A model generated the notes under the pieces. The model searched no databases. It saw only the letters and a list, made by a program, of their open reading frames with translations, and was not told where the DNA came from. From a virus (Duplodnaviria; Caudoviricetes): 55,670 nt of DNA. The stretch covers positions 1 to 55,670 of IMG/VR virus record IMGVR_UViG_3300027491_000004; one strand, written 5' to 3'. Every line of letters begins with the position of its first letter. The stretch's first letter is position 1. Position numbers and translations under genes: made by a program. Below, one piece after another: positions 20,342 through 31,278 of this stretch.

Positions 20342-22213
20342 ATGGCTATACTACAACCTCTCGCTCAAACGTTCACCATCGATAGTCCCAGTGGCATTTT
20401 TGCTACTGGGCTTGACCTTTTCTTTTCAAGGGTCGATTATCGGTTTCCAGTAAATGTCGAGCTTCGCACAGTGAAAGATGGAATGCCGACTGATAAGGTA
20501 ATCCCATTTTCGTTTGCGAGCCTGCGTGCAATTTCTCAGGATTTGACGATCCCATTTATTGGTATTTCTTCTGATGCTACTGTTCCTACGCGCTTTAACT
20601 TTGAAGCGCCAGTATTTCTTGCTGGAGGAACAGAATACTGCTTTGTAATACAATCTAATTCTGATCGATATCGAGTTTGGGCATCAGAAAAATTTGGATA
20701 TGATATTACTGGTATTGGTTCAGTAGGAGCTGGTAGAAAAGTCATCGATAATCCATACGGCGGAGTAATGTTTCGTGCCACAAATGCTTCATCCTGGACA
20801 GCGGATCAGATGCGCGATATTAAGTTTACTTTGCATCGCGCAGTATTTGATACCGCGAATGCTGCTACTATTATTCTAAACGAAGACGATAATATTCAGA
20901 AGCGCCTAGATGCTGATCCAGTAGAAACATACAAGAATTCAAATATTGTTAGAATTCACCATATCAATCACGGATTTTTTCCAATGGTTGGTAGTACAGC
21001 AAAATCTGCTGTTAAATTAACTCTACTCACTGGTAATCCTACTCTTATCAATGGAATTCCGATTACCGAATTAAATGCTACACATAACGTAATCGATGTT
21101 GAGCCGGATTCATATACAATCAGAGTAACCACACTCGCAACTGCTTCTGGTTTAGGCGGCGGTGACGCTGCAGTTTCTACAGATTACGTTCCATTCGATG
21201 TTTTACGTCCATCTATCGATATGATGGGCATGCCGAATACTTCATCTGTCTGGAAGATGAAGAAGACATCAGGCCAATCATTGGGCGGAACCGAAATACC
21301 AAATCAGTTGGACACTGAATATACTCGAGTTGACATCAACAAGAACATCAGTGTAGATGCTCCTGCAGTTGTATTGCCATCAGTAGGCCGTACATTTATG
21401 AATGTGGCTAATTCAAAGTCATTATTCCTAAAAGGCTTGCTGACATCTAAAGCAAATAATCTCTCGCCAGTTATCGACCTCGAGCGTAGTTCTGCTGTTG
21501 CTGTTAATAACCGTATCAATAATCCTGCTGCTGCAATTACACAGTATACCAATGCTAGCACAACTACAGCAAATGGAGCAACGACGATTGTAATGGCCAG
21601 CGCTAGCGGAATCGTAGTTGGTTACAAGGTCCGCGGCCCGTATATTCCAAACGACGTTTTAGTGACTAATGTAAACTCAAACACTATTACTATTTCTTCT
21701 GCCACAACTGGTATAATTCCAGTAAGTACGCCAATATTCTTCCTGCCAAATAACAGCGATGCAAACTATGTGGTAAATTATGCAGATGAAACCGCTCCAC
21801 TTGGCGGAGCAGCGCTATCGAAGTATATCACTCGTAAGGTTGAGCTAAATGACCCAGCATCTGCAATCAAGGTTTGGGTTTCTGTCAATCGTCCTACCGG
21901 ATCTAATATCAGCATATATTACAAGATTCAGCGCACGGACGATACCGATGGTAACTTTGATACCGACTACGGATGGAATCTAGCAACCAATGATTCTGCA
22001 GACGGAATTCCTTACTCGGATAATCCTGACAAATACTCCGAGGTGTCATATACCATCGATATTACCGACTTTAAGGCAGCGAATTTTGCTACTAGTGGCG
22101 CAGTAGATGGTGATGTTCAATTTACCGCATTTGCTATCAAGATTGTATTTACTTCCAATAATTCTTCTCGAGTACCTTCATGCAAGGAATTCAGAGCGGT
22201 CGCGGTAAGTTAA
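20342..22213 (+). CDS. VrlC-like structural protein, C-terminal part
   Basis: Starts at PLAQTF; has DLFF, T.FNFEAPVFL..GTEYCFV, W.ADQ..DIKF.L.RA.F, LSPVID, KYITRKV.L and FAIKIV...P...FRAVA. Confidence 0.8.
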   Translation: MAILQPLAQTFTIDSPSGIFATGLDLFFSRVDYRFPVNVELRTVKDGMPTDKVIPFSFASLRAISQDLTIPFIGISSDATVPTRFNFEAPVFLAGGTEYCFVIQSNSDRYRVWASEKFGYDITGIGSVGAGRKVIDNPYGGVMFRATNASSWTADQMRDIKFTLHRAVFDTANAATIILNEDDNIQKRLDADPVETYKNSNIVRIHHINHGFFPMVGSTAKSAVKLTLLTGNPTLINGIPITELNATHNVIDVEPDSYTIRVTTLATASGLGGGDAAVSTDYVPFDVLRPSIDMMGMPNTSSVWKMKKTSGQSLGGTEIPNQLDTEYTRVDINKNISVDAPAVVLPSVGRTFMNVANSKSLFLKGLLTSKANNLSPVIDLERSSAVAVNNRINNPAAAITQYTNASTTTANGATTIVMASASGIVVGYKVRGPYIPNDVLVTNVNSNTITISSATTGIIPVSTPIFFLPNNSDANYVVNYADETAPLGGAALSKYITRKVELNDPASAIKVWVSVNRPTGSNISIYYKIQRTDDTDGNFDTDYGWNLATNDSADGIPYSDNPDKYSEVSYTIDITDFKAANFATSGAVDGDVQFTAFAIKIVFTSNNSSRVPSCKEFRAVAVS

Positions 22214-22219
22214 TAAATA
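22212..22219 (+). promoter_or_regulatory. Late promoter-like AATAAATA
   Basis: One mismatch from consensus, just before ATG 22225. Confidence 0.55.
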
Positions 22220-22224
22220 GACCG

Positions 22225-22449
22225 ATGCTTGAAACACGAGAAAAAGCACTGGTCGAAGACAACCCGTCTCTGGAACGCGATATGTATTCCAAGGCAATCG
22301 TGTCTAAAGACCGAAGCGCTTATCATCGCCGCGTTGCAATCAAGAATTCTAAGAAGCAAAAGCAGGCAGAGATTGAAAGCTTAAAGTGCGAAATCACCGA
22401 GCTCAAGCAACTCGTCAAAACTTTGATCTCTTCACAGCAGAAGCAATAA
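22225..22449 (+). CDS. Small coiled-coil protein conserved downstream of VrlC-like genes
   Basis: VEDNPSLERD..SKAIV followed by heptads EIESLKCEITELKQLV. ATG 22225 preferred over 22180. Confidence 0.75.
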   Translation: MLETREKALVEDNPSLERDMYSKAIVSKDRSAYHRRVAIKNSKKQKQAEIESLKCEITELKQLVKTLISSQQKQ

Positions 22450-22464
22450 GCTTACTACCTATCC

Positions 22465-25400
22465 ATGTCCACACAAGTTCTACGTACTGACACATTTGAA
22501 GCATGGCGTCAAAAGGCCAACACCGTCGCCAAAAACCTGGGTGAGGTAGCATCAATTGACTCGCGCATCAGTTATCGCACTCTGACGCACAAGGGTGCTG
22601 CTGCCTATTCGGTAGGGAATACACTGACAGGATCAGTAACGGGAGCGACTGCCACAGTTACTGCGGTAAATGGTGTCAATCTGGTTGTCACTCCAGTAAG
22701 CGGAACATTCGTCGGCGCAGACATCATCAAGAGCAGAATTTATTTTGATGGAGCTGGAACTATTACTGCCGGTTCTACAATTACTAGCACACAGTCTGGT
22801 GCTACTGCAAAAATACTCTCGTATGATTCAGGCGATAATTCTGCTGTAGTATATGATATTACTGGCGCGTTTTCTGTAGGCAATACGATTAGCGGGACAA
22901 GCAAGACAATCTCGAACATCTCTCTCGATACTGTATCTGATATTGGTGAAAACATCACGAATGGTACCACAGTACGAGAGCTCAATACTTATTCTGCTAG
23001 TGCAGTTGCCGGTATCAATGAGCTTCAGGCAGAAGTAGGCACAATTGCATCTCTCAGTGGATTCAGCGCGACAAATCTTGTCGCAGTTGCAAATGAGATC
23101 AAGAATAGTGCTATCACGTTCAACGGCGCAAAGACATTTTCAGAAAGCGTAAATCTTGCTGCTACCAAAGAATTAACAATTGCCGGCACATCTGTACTAA
23201 ATTCTACCACGCTAGGATCCGGAGTTGTCAATTCTTCGCTTACAACTGTAGGCACGATTGGAACAGGCACATGGCAAGGCAGCATTGTGTCATCGACATA
23301 CGGCGGTACTGGCGTCAATAATGCAGGCCGTACTCTGACAATTGCCACAGGAAATCTGACGCTGACGACAGCATCAGGTGGGTCATCGCTTACTTTACCA
23401 TCAACAGGCACAGTTGCTACCCTTGCTGGTACTGAAACACTGACTAGCAAGACTATCAATCTCACGAGCAATACGCTGACAGGAACACTTACCCAGTTCA
23501 ACGCAGCGCTCAGCGATGACGATTTTGCTGCCCTTGCCGCTGTTCAAACGCTGACGAACAAATCGATTGCACTGGGATCTAACACGATCACGGGTACGTT
23601 AGCTCAGTTCAATACTGCTTTAACAGATGACGACTTTGCAGCACTTGCCGCTGTTCAAACGCTGACGAATAAAACACTTTCTACAGGATCGATCTGGCAA
23701 GGTGGTGTTATTTCTTCAACGTACGGCGGCACTGGCGTAAATAATGGCGGTCGAACACTGACGATCAATACAGGAAACGTTGTTGTCACTGCACCTGCTG
23801 GTGGATCGACGTTGACTTTACCAGGCAGTGGTACTGTTGCTACACTTGCTGGTATAGAAACGCTGACGAATAAAACCGTCAATCTTGCAAGCAACACTCT
23901 GACTGGCACGTTCGCAGAATTCAATGCTGCGCTTACTGGTGAAGATTTCGTTGGTGTAGCTGCTATTCAAACACTCAGTAATAAGTCAGTTAGCTTAACT
24001 ACAAATACGCTAACAGGAACACTCGCAGAATTTAATACTGCTCTAACAGATGACGACTTTGTAGCAATTAATGCTACTCAGACAATTTCCAATAAGACAT
24101 TCGTCACACCAGTTCTTGGCATTGCTACTGCTACGTCAATCAATAAGGTAGCAATTACCGCGCCGGCGACATCTGCCACACTAACAATTGCAAATGGCAA
24201 GACACTTACTGCCAGCAATACACTCACATTTACTGGTACAGATGGATCATCAGTTGCATTTGGCGCCGGCGGAACTGTAGTTTATACCTCGAATAACATC
24301 ACTGCACTTTCCACGTTTAGTTCTGCCGATCTTGCAGGCAGATTGACGGATGAAACGGGCACGGGTGTTGTGGTATTTAATAGCAGCCCATCACTCACCA
24401 CTCCAACAATTGGCGGCGGTGGCGCTAATTTCTCGGGTAGCACATCAGGTACAACTAACTTTAAGGCAGCAGCTGCTGCAGGTACCACAACAATCACGAT
24501 GCCAGCAGCAACTGGTACGATGGCGCTCACGAGTGATATCGGAAATGGCACTCTGACGTTATCAACCGGTGTTGGTATTGTTTCTGCTTCAGCATCATTC
24601 TCTGCAAATCAATCTGGCGCGGCATCTTACTCAATTGCACACGCTGTTCCATCTGGCGCAACTGCTGCAACACTTGGAACAAATGGTATTTCGTCGATCA
24701 CCACTGATCAATTTGGACACATTACTGCAGTTACTACTGCGACTTATCTGACTGCTGCAAGCGGCGTAAGTTCAATTGCTGGAACTGCAAATCAGATTAC
24801 TGCATCTGCAAGTGTGGGTGCGGTAACACTTTCGCTGCCGCAGAATATTCATACAGCCGCTGAACCAACATTCGGCGGAGCAACGCTGGGCAATATCACA
24901 GTTGGTGTATCGACAGACAACACGATTACCACATCATCTGGTAATCTGATTCTGACTGCAGCTGGCACATCTACAGTAAATGCTTCGCGTCCTCTTGTAG
25001 CAGCTACAGCTCTTACAAATACTAATAAAGCAACTGTATTTTCGGTCAGCAATAGCAGCGCAGGTGCGGGCGCAGATTTCCCATACAATCCAACTCAATC
25101 AACACGCTTTAGCATTGATTCGACTGGTAACGTCACTATCAATGGTGACCTTACTGTTGCTGGTACAACATACCTCCCAACAATCAGTGGTACCGTTGCA
25201 TGGAGCACTCAGGTTACAGGAAAGACTTATTTCGGATCGATTACAGATGGTACTACAGCTGCTTCACCCGGTGATGGTACCGCATTCAAGATCCGTACCA
25301 AGGACGGTCTGACAGCAGTCGTCACAAATGATGACGCAACTCACGGCGACAATGTTCTGTTTGGGCATGGTAACTCTATAACAATTTACGGATCAACCAG

Positions 25401-28400
25401 CGGATCTGTTGTCCTGCAACCTGTTGCTGTCGCAGGCACAACCACTATTACTCTTCCTGCAATTACTGGTACTGTTGTAACAACTGGAGATTCTGGTACA
25501 GTTACAAATGCGATGTTGGCTGGATCAATTGCCACTAACAAGTTAGTAAGTAGCTCGCTTACTGTATCTGCAGGAACTGGTCTAGGCGGTGGTGGATCAG
25601 TGTCACTTGGTGGATCTGTTACTCTGACTAATGCAGGAGTGCTGAGCGTCAATTCGCAAACTGGCGCAGTAACGATTGCTGGTGGTACTGCAATTTCTGT
25701 AACACAAGCAAGCGGCACAGTAACTATCACAAATACCGGTGTTACTTCGGCAGCATCCGGCACTGGTATTTCGATTTCTGGTACGGGTGTGGGCCCATAT
25801 ACCGGAGCAATCACGATCACAAATTCTGATAAAGGATCAGATCAGGCTATCTTTAAGAATATTGCTGTTACTGGTCAAACAACAGTTAGTGCTGCATCAA
25901 ACACTGCTACACTAAATCTAGTTGGTAGTAACATTACAATTACTACAGACAATACCACAAAGACAGTTACTTTAACAGGTAATGCTGCTGCGAATAATGG
26001 AACAATTACTGTATCTGCTGGCACCGGAATGTCTGGCGGCGGATCATTTACCGTAAATCAAAGCGGCAATTCTACAGTAACGCTCACAAATTCTGATCCA
26101 GGATCTAGCCAATTTATCTTTAAGAACGTTGCTGTTCCTGGACAGACTACAATTGTCGCAGATACCAACAATGATACTCTGACCGTACAAGCCGGCCAGG
26201 TTGATTCTACGACAGGTATCGTAATTACAACTGATGCTACAACTGACACTCTGACAATTGCTCATGCTAATACGTCCGGGCAAGCATCGGTTGATAACGC
26301 AAATGGAACAGTAATTCAGGATATCACACTTGATACTTACGGTCATATTACTGCAATTGCTAGCGTAGATCTAGATGCACGTTATGATGCTCGCTATACG
26401 CTCGACAAGGTCACAACAGCTGGCGCGACAACTGCGAATGCAATTACCGTCGGTGGTTTAACTGTCAACGGTAACGTTACTGTCAATGGTACCACAACTT
26501 CCGTTAATACTACAACAGCAAACCTAAAAGATCCAATCGTCACTCTGGGCGGCGCCGATAATGGCGGTAATGCTACAAGCGATGATGCAAAGGATCGCGG
26601 TATTGAATTCCGCTGGCACAACGGCACTATTGCAAAGACTGGATTCTTTGGATGGGATCGCAGCACAAGTTCATTCACATTTATCGCAGATGCTACAAAT
26701 ACAAACGAAGTATTTGCGCCTGTTTCTGGCGCTAGTTTGGGAGCAATTCGTGCAGGAAGTTTTTCTACCGGTGGTGCAGCAACCCAATTCCTAAAGGCTG
26801 ACGGATCACTTGATAGCAACACATATCTGACAGCTTCAACCGGCGTTTCGTCGATTAATCTTGGTAATATTATTGGTGGTACATTTCAATCTGTTGGAAG
26901 TCTAAATGGTGGTGTCAATGTTTCTATTCTCAGTCCACTAACAGGAAGTCTAACAGGCCCCAATGCTTTAGTAATTGAAATGCTGACTCAGTCTGGTTTG
27001 ACTGCCGGAGTATATAATAACGTTACTGTAAATACAAAGGGCATCGTTACTGCTGCATCGAATGTTGCGTACCTGACATCCAATCCAAATCTGCAGACTG
27101 TCTGCAATGTCGGAAACACAACGACGACTAGCATTACAGCTGGATCATTCGTTAAATCTGGTGCGTTCTCGACTGATATTCTGAAGGGCGACGGATCAAC
27201 AGAAAGCGATAGCAATTACGTCAAAACTTCTGGAGTTCAAACGATTGGCGGGACTAAAGTATTCAGTGCTAATGTTGGAATTGGTACTTCTGGACTATCT
27301 AGTGTTCCATTACATATCAATCTTACTCTCGATCCAAGTTCATTGGCTGTTCCACCAAGATCAATTTGGGCAAGGCCAACATTTAGGTTAAGTAACACAA
27401 GTAATACTGGAGTTGAAGGAATTCAAGTTCAACCTACGGTTGATACTGCCTTCTGGGGAGAAACTACTAGCACCCAAATAACTTATAAAGGAATACGCAT
27501 CGGAGGTGTTCTAAAGACCGGCACCACAGCAATTACTGAAACAGTTGGACTTTATATCGATAACTCCACACAGGGTACTACAAATAATTATGCAATTTAC
27601 AGTGCTCATACTGGAGCATCTGTTTTCTCTGGAAGTGTTACTGCTACATCGTTGATTAAGTCCGGCGGAAGTTCTTCACAACTTCTACAAGCTGACGGCG
27701 GAAGTGATAGTGTGACTCAAACGAGAGCTTCTGTAGCATATCTCACCACCTCTGCTATCAATGTAGTAAATGGAATTGTGAAATGCAACGGCGGCGGAAC
27801 ATATTCTGCAGCTGTTGCTGACACTGATTACCTCACACCAGCTGGGGCTAGCGCGGCGTATCAGCCAAAGGACGCCGACCTGACAGCAATTGCTGGATTA
27901 AGTGGAACGAGCGGATTACTTAGAAAGACTGCAGCTGATACCTGGTCATTAGATACAACAGCATACCTGTCAGGAACAGTGGGAGTCGCAAATGGTGGTA
28001 CTGGAGCAACAACATTTGCAGCAGGATATTTAAAGGCATCTGGTACTTCTGCGTTTACCACAGTATCATCGATATCATATGCAGATTTATATGGGACTCC
28101 ATCTCTTCCAACCGATATTGCAACCAGTGCTACAATTTCTGCAGGAGCAATTACTGGTGGCGCAGAAATTGTAGTAAATTATGCAACGAAAAACGTTGCC
28201 TCTGGAACTACTGGAGGTGGCGGCACTTCAGTAAATTTACTGGGTGGATCAGCGATCACTGTAACTCGTAGCAGTAATAATGTTACCATCACAAACTCCG
28301 GTGTCACTTCAGTTACACAGGGTACCGGTATTACTGTATCTGCCGGCACCGGTGCAGTAACTATCACAAACTCCGGCGTCACTTCGATCACTGGCACATC

Positions 28401-28887
28401 GAATCAGGTCACTGCATCAGCTTCTACCGGCGGAGTAACTTTATCGCTTCCTCAAAGCATCAATACGACTGCAAACGTCGCATTCGGCGCACTTGATATC
28501 GGTAGCCCAAATCCTGCATTTGGAACGCCAACATCTGGTGAAATTCGCGCTGCTGGCAACATCACAGCCTACGCCACATCGGACGAGCGCCTCAAGACCA
28601 ATATCGTTAAGATCGATAATGCTCTGGAAAAGGTCTCTCAGATCGATGGTATCATCTATGACTGGAATGACGAGTACAAGAAGGATCATGGCGGCGTTGA
28701 TGGTTACTTCCTGCGCGACCAGAACTCAGGTGTCATCGCTCAGCAGGTCGAAAAGGTCTTCCCGAATGTCGTGGGTGAACGCTCCGATGGTATGAAAGCT
28801 GTTCGTTACGAGCTGCTCGTTCCTCTGCTGATTGAGGCAATCAAAGATCTGAAAGCCGAGATCGAGTCGCTCAAGGCAAATAAGTAA
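22465..28887 (+). CDS. Long tail fibre with C-terminal intramolecular chaperone (Peptidase S74-like)
   Basis: N-terminal TDTFEAWRQKAN anchor, Thr/Gly/Ser/Ala-rich repeats, and C-terminal SDERLKTNI...GVIAQQVEKVFP...VRYELLVPLLIEAIKDL. Confidence 0.88.
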   Translation: MSTQVLRTDTFEAWRQKANTVAKNLGEVASIDSRISYRTLTHKGAAAYSVGNTLTGSVTGATATVTAVNGVNLVVTPVSGTFVGADIIKSRIYFDGAGTITAGSTITSTQSGATAKILSYDSGDNSAVVYDITGAFSVGNTISGTSKTISNISLDTVSDIGENITNGTTVRELNTYSASAVAGINELQAEVGTIASLSGFSATNLVAVANEIKNSAITFNGAKTFSESVNLAATKELTIAGTSVLNSTTLGSGVVNSSLTTVGTIGTGTWQGSIVSSTYGGTGVNNAGRTLTIATGNLTLTTASGGSSLTLPSTGTVATLAGTETLTSKTINLTSNTLTGTLTQFNAALSDDDFAALAAVQTLTNKSIALGSNTITGTLAQFNTALTDDDFAALAAVQTLTNKTLSTGSIWQGGVISSTYGGTGVNNGGRTLTINTGNVVVTAPAGGSTLTLPGSGTVATLAGIETLTNKTVNLASNTLTGTFAEFNAALTGEDFVGVAAIQTLSNKSVSLTTNTLTGTLAEFNTALTDDDFVAINATQTISNKTFVTPVLGIATATSINKVAITAPATSATLTIANGKTLTASNTLTFTGTDGSSVAFGAGGTVVYTSNNITALSTFSSADLAGRLTDETGTGVVVFNSSPSLTTPTIGGGGANFSGSTSGTTNFKAAAAAGTTTITMPAATGTMALTSDIGNGTLTLSTGVGIVSASASFSANQSGAASYSIAHAVPSGATAATLGTNGISSITTDQFGHITAVTTATYLTAASGVSSIAGTANQITASASVGAVTLSLPQNIHTAAEPTFGGATLGNITVGVSTDNTITTSSGNLILTAAGTSTVNASRPLVAATALTNTNKATVFSVSNSSAGAGADFPYNPTQSTRFSIDSTGNVTINGDLTVAGTTYLPTISGTVAWSTQVTGKTYFGSITDGTTAASPGDGTAFKIRTKDGLTAVVTNDDATHGDNVLFGHGNSITIYGSTSGSVVLQPVAVAGTTTITLPAITGTVVTTGDSGTVTNAMLAGSIATNKLVSSSLTVSAGTGLGGGGSVSLGGSVTLTNAGVLSVNSQTGAVTIAGGTAISVTQASGTVTITNTGVTSAASGTGISISGTGVGPYTGAITITNSDKGSDQAIFKNIAVTGQTTVSAASNTATLNLVGSNITITTDNTTKTVTLTGNAAANNGTITVSAGTGMSGGGSFTVNQSGNSTVTLTNSDPGSSQFIFKNVAVPGQTTIVADTNNDTLTVQAGQVDSTTGIVITTDATTDTLTIAHANTSGQASVDNANGTVIQDITLDTYGHITAIASVDLDARYDARYTLDKVTTAGATTANAITVGGLTVNGNVTVNGTTTSVNTTTANLKDPIVTLGGADNGGNATSDDAKDRGIEFRWHNGTIAKTGFFGWDRSTSSFTFIADATNTNEVFAPVSGASLGAIRAGSFSTGGAATQFLKADGSLDSNTYLTASTGVSSINLGNIIGGTFQSVGSLNGGVNVSILSPLTGSLTGPNALVIEMLTQSGLTAGVYNNVTVNTKGIVTAASNVAYLTSNPNLQTVCNVGNTTTTSITAGSFVKSGAFSTDILKGDGSTESDSNYVKTSGVQTIGGTKVFSANVGIGTSGLSSVPLHINLTLDPSSLAVPPRSIWARPTFRLSNTSNTGVEGIQVQPTVDTAFWGETTSTQITYKGIRIGGVLKTGTTAITETVGLYIDNSTQGTTNNYAIYSAHTGASVFSGSVTATSLIKSGGSSSQLLQADGGSDSVTQTRASVAYLTTSAINVVNGIVKCNGGGTYSAAVADTDYLTPAGASAAYQPKDADLTAIAGLSGTSGLLRKTAADTWSLDTTAYLSGTVGVANGGTGATTFAAGYLKASGTSAFTTVSSISYADLYGTPSLPTDIATSATISAGAITGGAEIVVNYATKNVASGTTGGGGTSVNLLGGSAITVTRSSNNVTITNSGVTSVTQGTGITVSAGTGAVTITNSGVTSITGTSNQVTASASTGGVTLSLPQSINTTANVAFGALDIGSPNPAFGTPTSGEIRAAGNITAYATSDERLKTNIVKIDNALEKVSQIDGIIYDWNDEYKKDHGGVDGYFLRDQNSGVIAQQVEKVFPNVVGERSDGMKAVRYELLVPLLIEAIKDLKAEIESLKANK
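23272..24100 (+). repeat. Nested tandem duplication in the fibre gene
   Basis: A unit starting WQG...STYGGTGVNN recurs at 23272 and 23695 (423-nt period). Each unit holds two ~37-aa NTLTGTLxxFNxALxDDDF repeats (111-nt period). Confidence 0.85.
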
Positions 28888-28889
28888 GT

Positions 28890-28897
28890 TATAAATA
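28890..28897 (+). promoter_or_regulatory. Late promoter TATAAATA
   Basis: Exact consensus, intergenic, 9 nt before ATG 28907. Confidence 0.85.
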
Positions 28898-28906
28898 CAC
28901 TGACTT

Positions 28907-29245
28907 ATGGCTGTCTACGCGAACATCTCGATTGACCAGGGATCAGATTTTACCTCAACTGTGACTGTAGAGGGTTCTGATGGTATCGCATTTAACCTAA
29001 CAGGATATACTGCTCGCGGCCAGATTCGCAAGTCGTATACCTCTACTACTGCTGTTAATTTCTCGACAGCAATCAATTCACCTACACAAGGCACAATTCA
29101 GCTCACACTGACAGCAGCACAAACCGGCGCAATGAAGGCCGGTCGTTATTTGTATGACATTGAGGTGGTACAGACCTCTACAAGTAAAGTTACTCGTGTC
29201 GTCGAGGGACAAATCGAGGTCAATCCTCGTATTACTCAGCCATGA
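28907..29245 (+). CDS. Small virion structural/adaptor protein (BppU-N/Ig-like)
   Basis: NISIDQGSDF, NLTGYTARGQIRKSY, LTAAQT..MKAGRYLYDIE and RVVEG...VNP motifs, recalled as conserved in T4-like aquatic phages. Confidence 0.75.
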   Translation: MAVYANISIDQGSDFTSTVTVEGSDGIAFNLTGYTARGQIRKSYTSTTAVNFSTAINSPTQGTIQLTLTAAQTGAMKAGRYLYDIEVVQTSTSKVTRVVEGQIEVNPRITQP

Positions 29246-29487
29246 GCAATATCGTAGGATCAGTTCTTCCATCGCCAGCAATCAAGTCCACAGTACGTGG
29301 TTTACAGAATGTTCAGGCACGTACAGTTGCAATCGGCGCTCCTAAGTCAATGGGAGATCTGGCTGATGTCGACCTATCTGCTGTCGGTGATGGCGCGCTT
29401 TTAATTTACAGCGGAACACTTCAAAAATTTGTAGCCAATACCGAGCTCAATAACTCGAACACGAAGATCGTTGGCGGCAGTTTCTAA
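29242..29487 (+). CDS. Small fibre-associated protein ending in GGSF
   Basis: LADVD...DGALLIY...KF repeat unit and C-terminal IVGGSF; ATGA overlap with the upstream gene. Confidence 0.75.
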   Translation: MSNIVGSVLPSPAIKSTVRGLQNVQARTVAIGAPKSMGDLADVDLSAVGDGALLIYSGTLQKFVANTELNNSNTKIVGGSF

Positions 29488-29510
29488 CCTAGAGCATCTA
29501 CCTTACTATC

Positions 29511-31190
29511 ATGCCCGGCACAATCATCAAAACAAAGTATAGCGATATCACGAATCAGCCAGCGCCAGATGCATTGGCACATTCGGAGCAAGCATACTCA
29601 TTCGCATCAAATCGCCTTTTCATCGGTAAGACTAGTGGGGCTACAGTAGATCCGATCATCATCGGTGGTAAGTACTACACCGACATGATGGCGCAGACGC
29701 CGGGCGTTCTGACGGCCTCATCCACGATCATTGTTGACCAGTACAAGTGGGTCGATCATCTGATCACCGGAGGAATCAAGCTCACGACATCGAACGGATC
29801 TGGCCAAGAGCTTACATCTGTTGTCACATCGATCGGCGGAGGTGCTACTAATAGCGAGCTGCCAACTGCTCTGGCAGTTAAAAATTATACTGATTCTGTT
29901 GCTGCAGCGCAGACGCTGAATTCACTCGCAGATGTTATCGTTTCGAGCGTTCTAAATGCTCAGGTACTGATCTATGACAGTACCGCACAGCAATGGCTCA
30001 ATCAGTCACTTTCTGGTGATCTGACGATCTCGAAGACTGGCGTTGTCACTCTGGCCAATACAGGAGTCACTGCTCAGACATATGGATCGGCCACTGCAAT
30101 TCCGGTTCTGACAATTGACAGCAAAGGTCGCGTCACTGCTGCATCAACTGCCTCTCTGGCTACATCGCTTTCAATTGCTGGCGATACAGGTACCGACTCA
30201 GTTGCTCTACTAACTGACACTCTGACATTTGTCGGTGGAGCCGGAATCACATCCGCTGTCACTAACAATACTGTCACGCTGGACGTAGATGCAACCGTTG
30301 CTCGGAGCACCGACACGCTGAATTACTTTAGCGCGACGACATCTGCTCAGCTTGCATCTGTCATTAGCGATGAGACCGGCACTGGTTTACTGGTATTTGG
30401 TACCAGCCCAACATTTACCACATCGGTTGTCACCGACAGTCTGACGCTTGCGGTATTTAATACCACTGCAACTACGGTTCAGGCGTTTGGCGCTGCAACA
30501 GATCTTGCTCTGGGTGCAACATCGGGAAATACTACGGTTCGTAATAACCTGATTGTTTCTGGCACACTGACAGTCAATGGCAATACCTCGACTGTCAATT
30601 CAACTGTCACTACTCTGACAGATCCTGTCATTATGCTTGCGCAGGATTCTCTGGCTGCGGGCGACTCAAATGATCGCGGTGTCAAGTTCAATTACGGTGA
30701 TGGCTCTCAGATTCAGACCGGATTCTTCGGTATGGATATACAGACCGGCCGCTTTGTATTCAAGGCGACTGGCGCGACTGCTACAAATCCTGAGAACTTT
30801 AGCACTCCTTGGTCTGATGCTCAATTCGGTGAGATCTACGGCACTGGCGGTACTCTCGGAAATGTTACTGTTGGCGTAGCAACTGACAATAAGATCACCA
30901 CGACTAGCGGTACTCTTGTCATCGATGCTGCTAATAACACTGTTCAGATCGATGCGGATGCATCTGTCACTGGCACGTTCGGTGTCACTGGTACTGTCAC
31001 ACTGACAACTGCTCTGGGTGTTTCATCCGGCGGTACTGGTGTTTCAGCTTATACCGGAAAAGCAGTATTCATCTCAAATTCCGGAGGAACTGCCACAAAC
31101 TTCCTGACCGGATCGCAATATCAGCTGGTGCAATTTGACGCAACCGGTACGCCTATCGCATCTGCCACAATTGACGGCGGAACGTTCTAA
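29511..31190 (+). CDS. Tail fibre-like protein (Mtd-N-like N-terminus, C-terminal DGGTF)
   Basis: IIKTK...P..LAHSEQAYS...LFIG...IGGKYY start, fibre repeats and a DRGVKF module. Confidence 0.8.
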   Translation: MPGTIIKTKYSDITNQPAPDALAHSEQAYSFASNRLFIGKTSGATVDPIIIGGKYYTDMMAQTPGVLTASSTIIVDQYKWVDHLITGGIKLTTSNGSGQELTSVVTSIGGGATNSELPTALAVKNYTDSVAAAQTLNSLADVIVSSVLNAQVLIYDSTAQQWLNQSLSGDLTISKTGVVTLANTGVTAQTYGSATAIPVLTIDSKGRVTAASTASLATSLSIAGDTGTDSVALLTDTLTFVGGAGITSAVTNNTVTLDVDATVARSTDTLNYFSATTSAQLASVISDETGTGLLVFGTSPTFTTSVVTDSLTLAVFNTTATTVQAFGAATDLALGATSGNTTVRNNLIVSGTLTVNGNTSTVNSTVTTLTDPVIMLAQDSLAAGDSNDRGVKFNYGDGSQIQTGFFGMDIQTGRFVFKATGATATNPENFSTPWSDAQFGEIYGTGGTLGNVTVGVATDNKITTTSGTLVIDAANNTVQIDADASVTGTFGVTGTVTLTTALGVSSGGTGVSAYTGKAVFISNSGGTATNFLTGSQYQLVQFDATGTPIASATIDGGTF

Positions 31191-31204
31191 TAGATTTTAA
31201 TCGA

Positions 31205-31276
31205 AGTTATAAATAGATGGTCTGAGTTTTTACTCGGTCCATCTATTTTCGTTTTATAACTCGGAGTTTTTACTCG
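31205..31276 (+). promoter_or_regulatory. Late promoter within a long inverted repeat, plus twin GAGTTTTTACTCG stem-loops
   Basis: TATAAATA at 31208-31215; AAATAGATGG/CCATCTATTT arms; 13-nt direct repeat at 31224-31236 and 31264-31276. Confidence 0.75.
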
Positions 31277-31278
31277 CT

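Noticed and set aside
20317-20345. Stop-codon readthrough or TAG recoding joining the two VrlC-like ORFs
   Set aside because: The two ORFs are in different frames, no obvious slippery heptamer lies at the junction, and other long genes read through without internal TAG or TGA.
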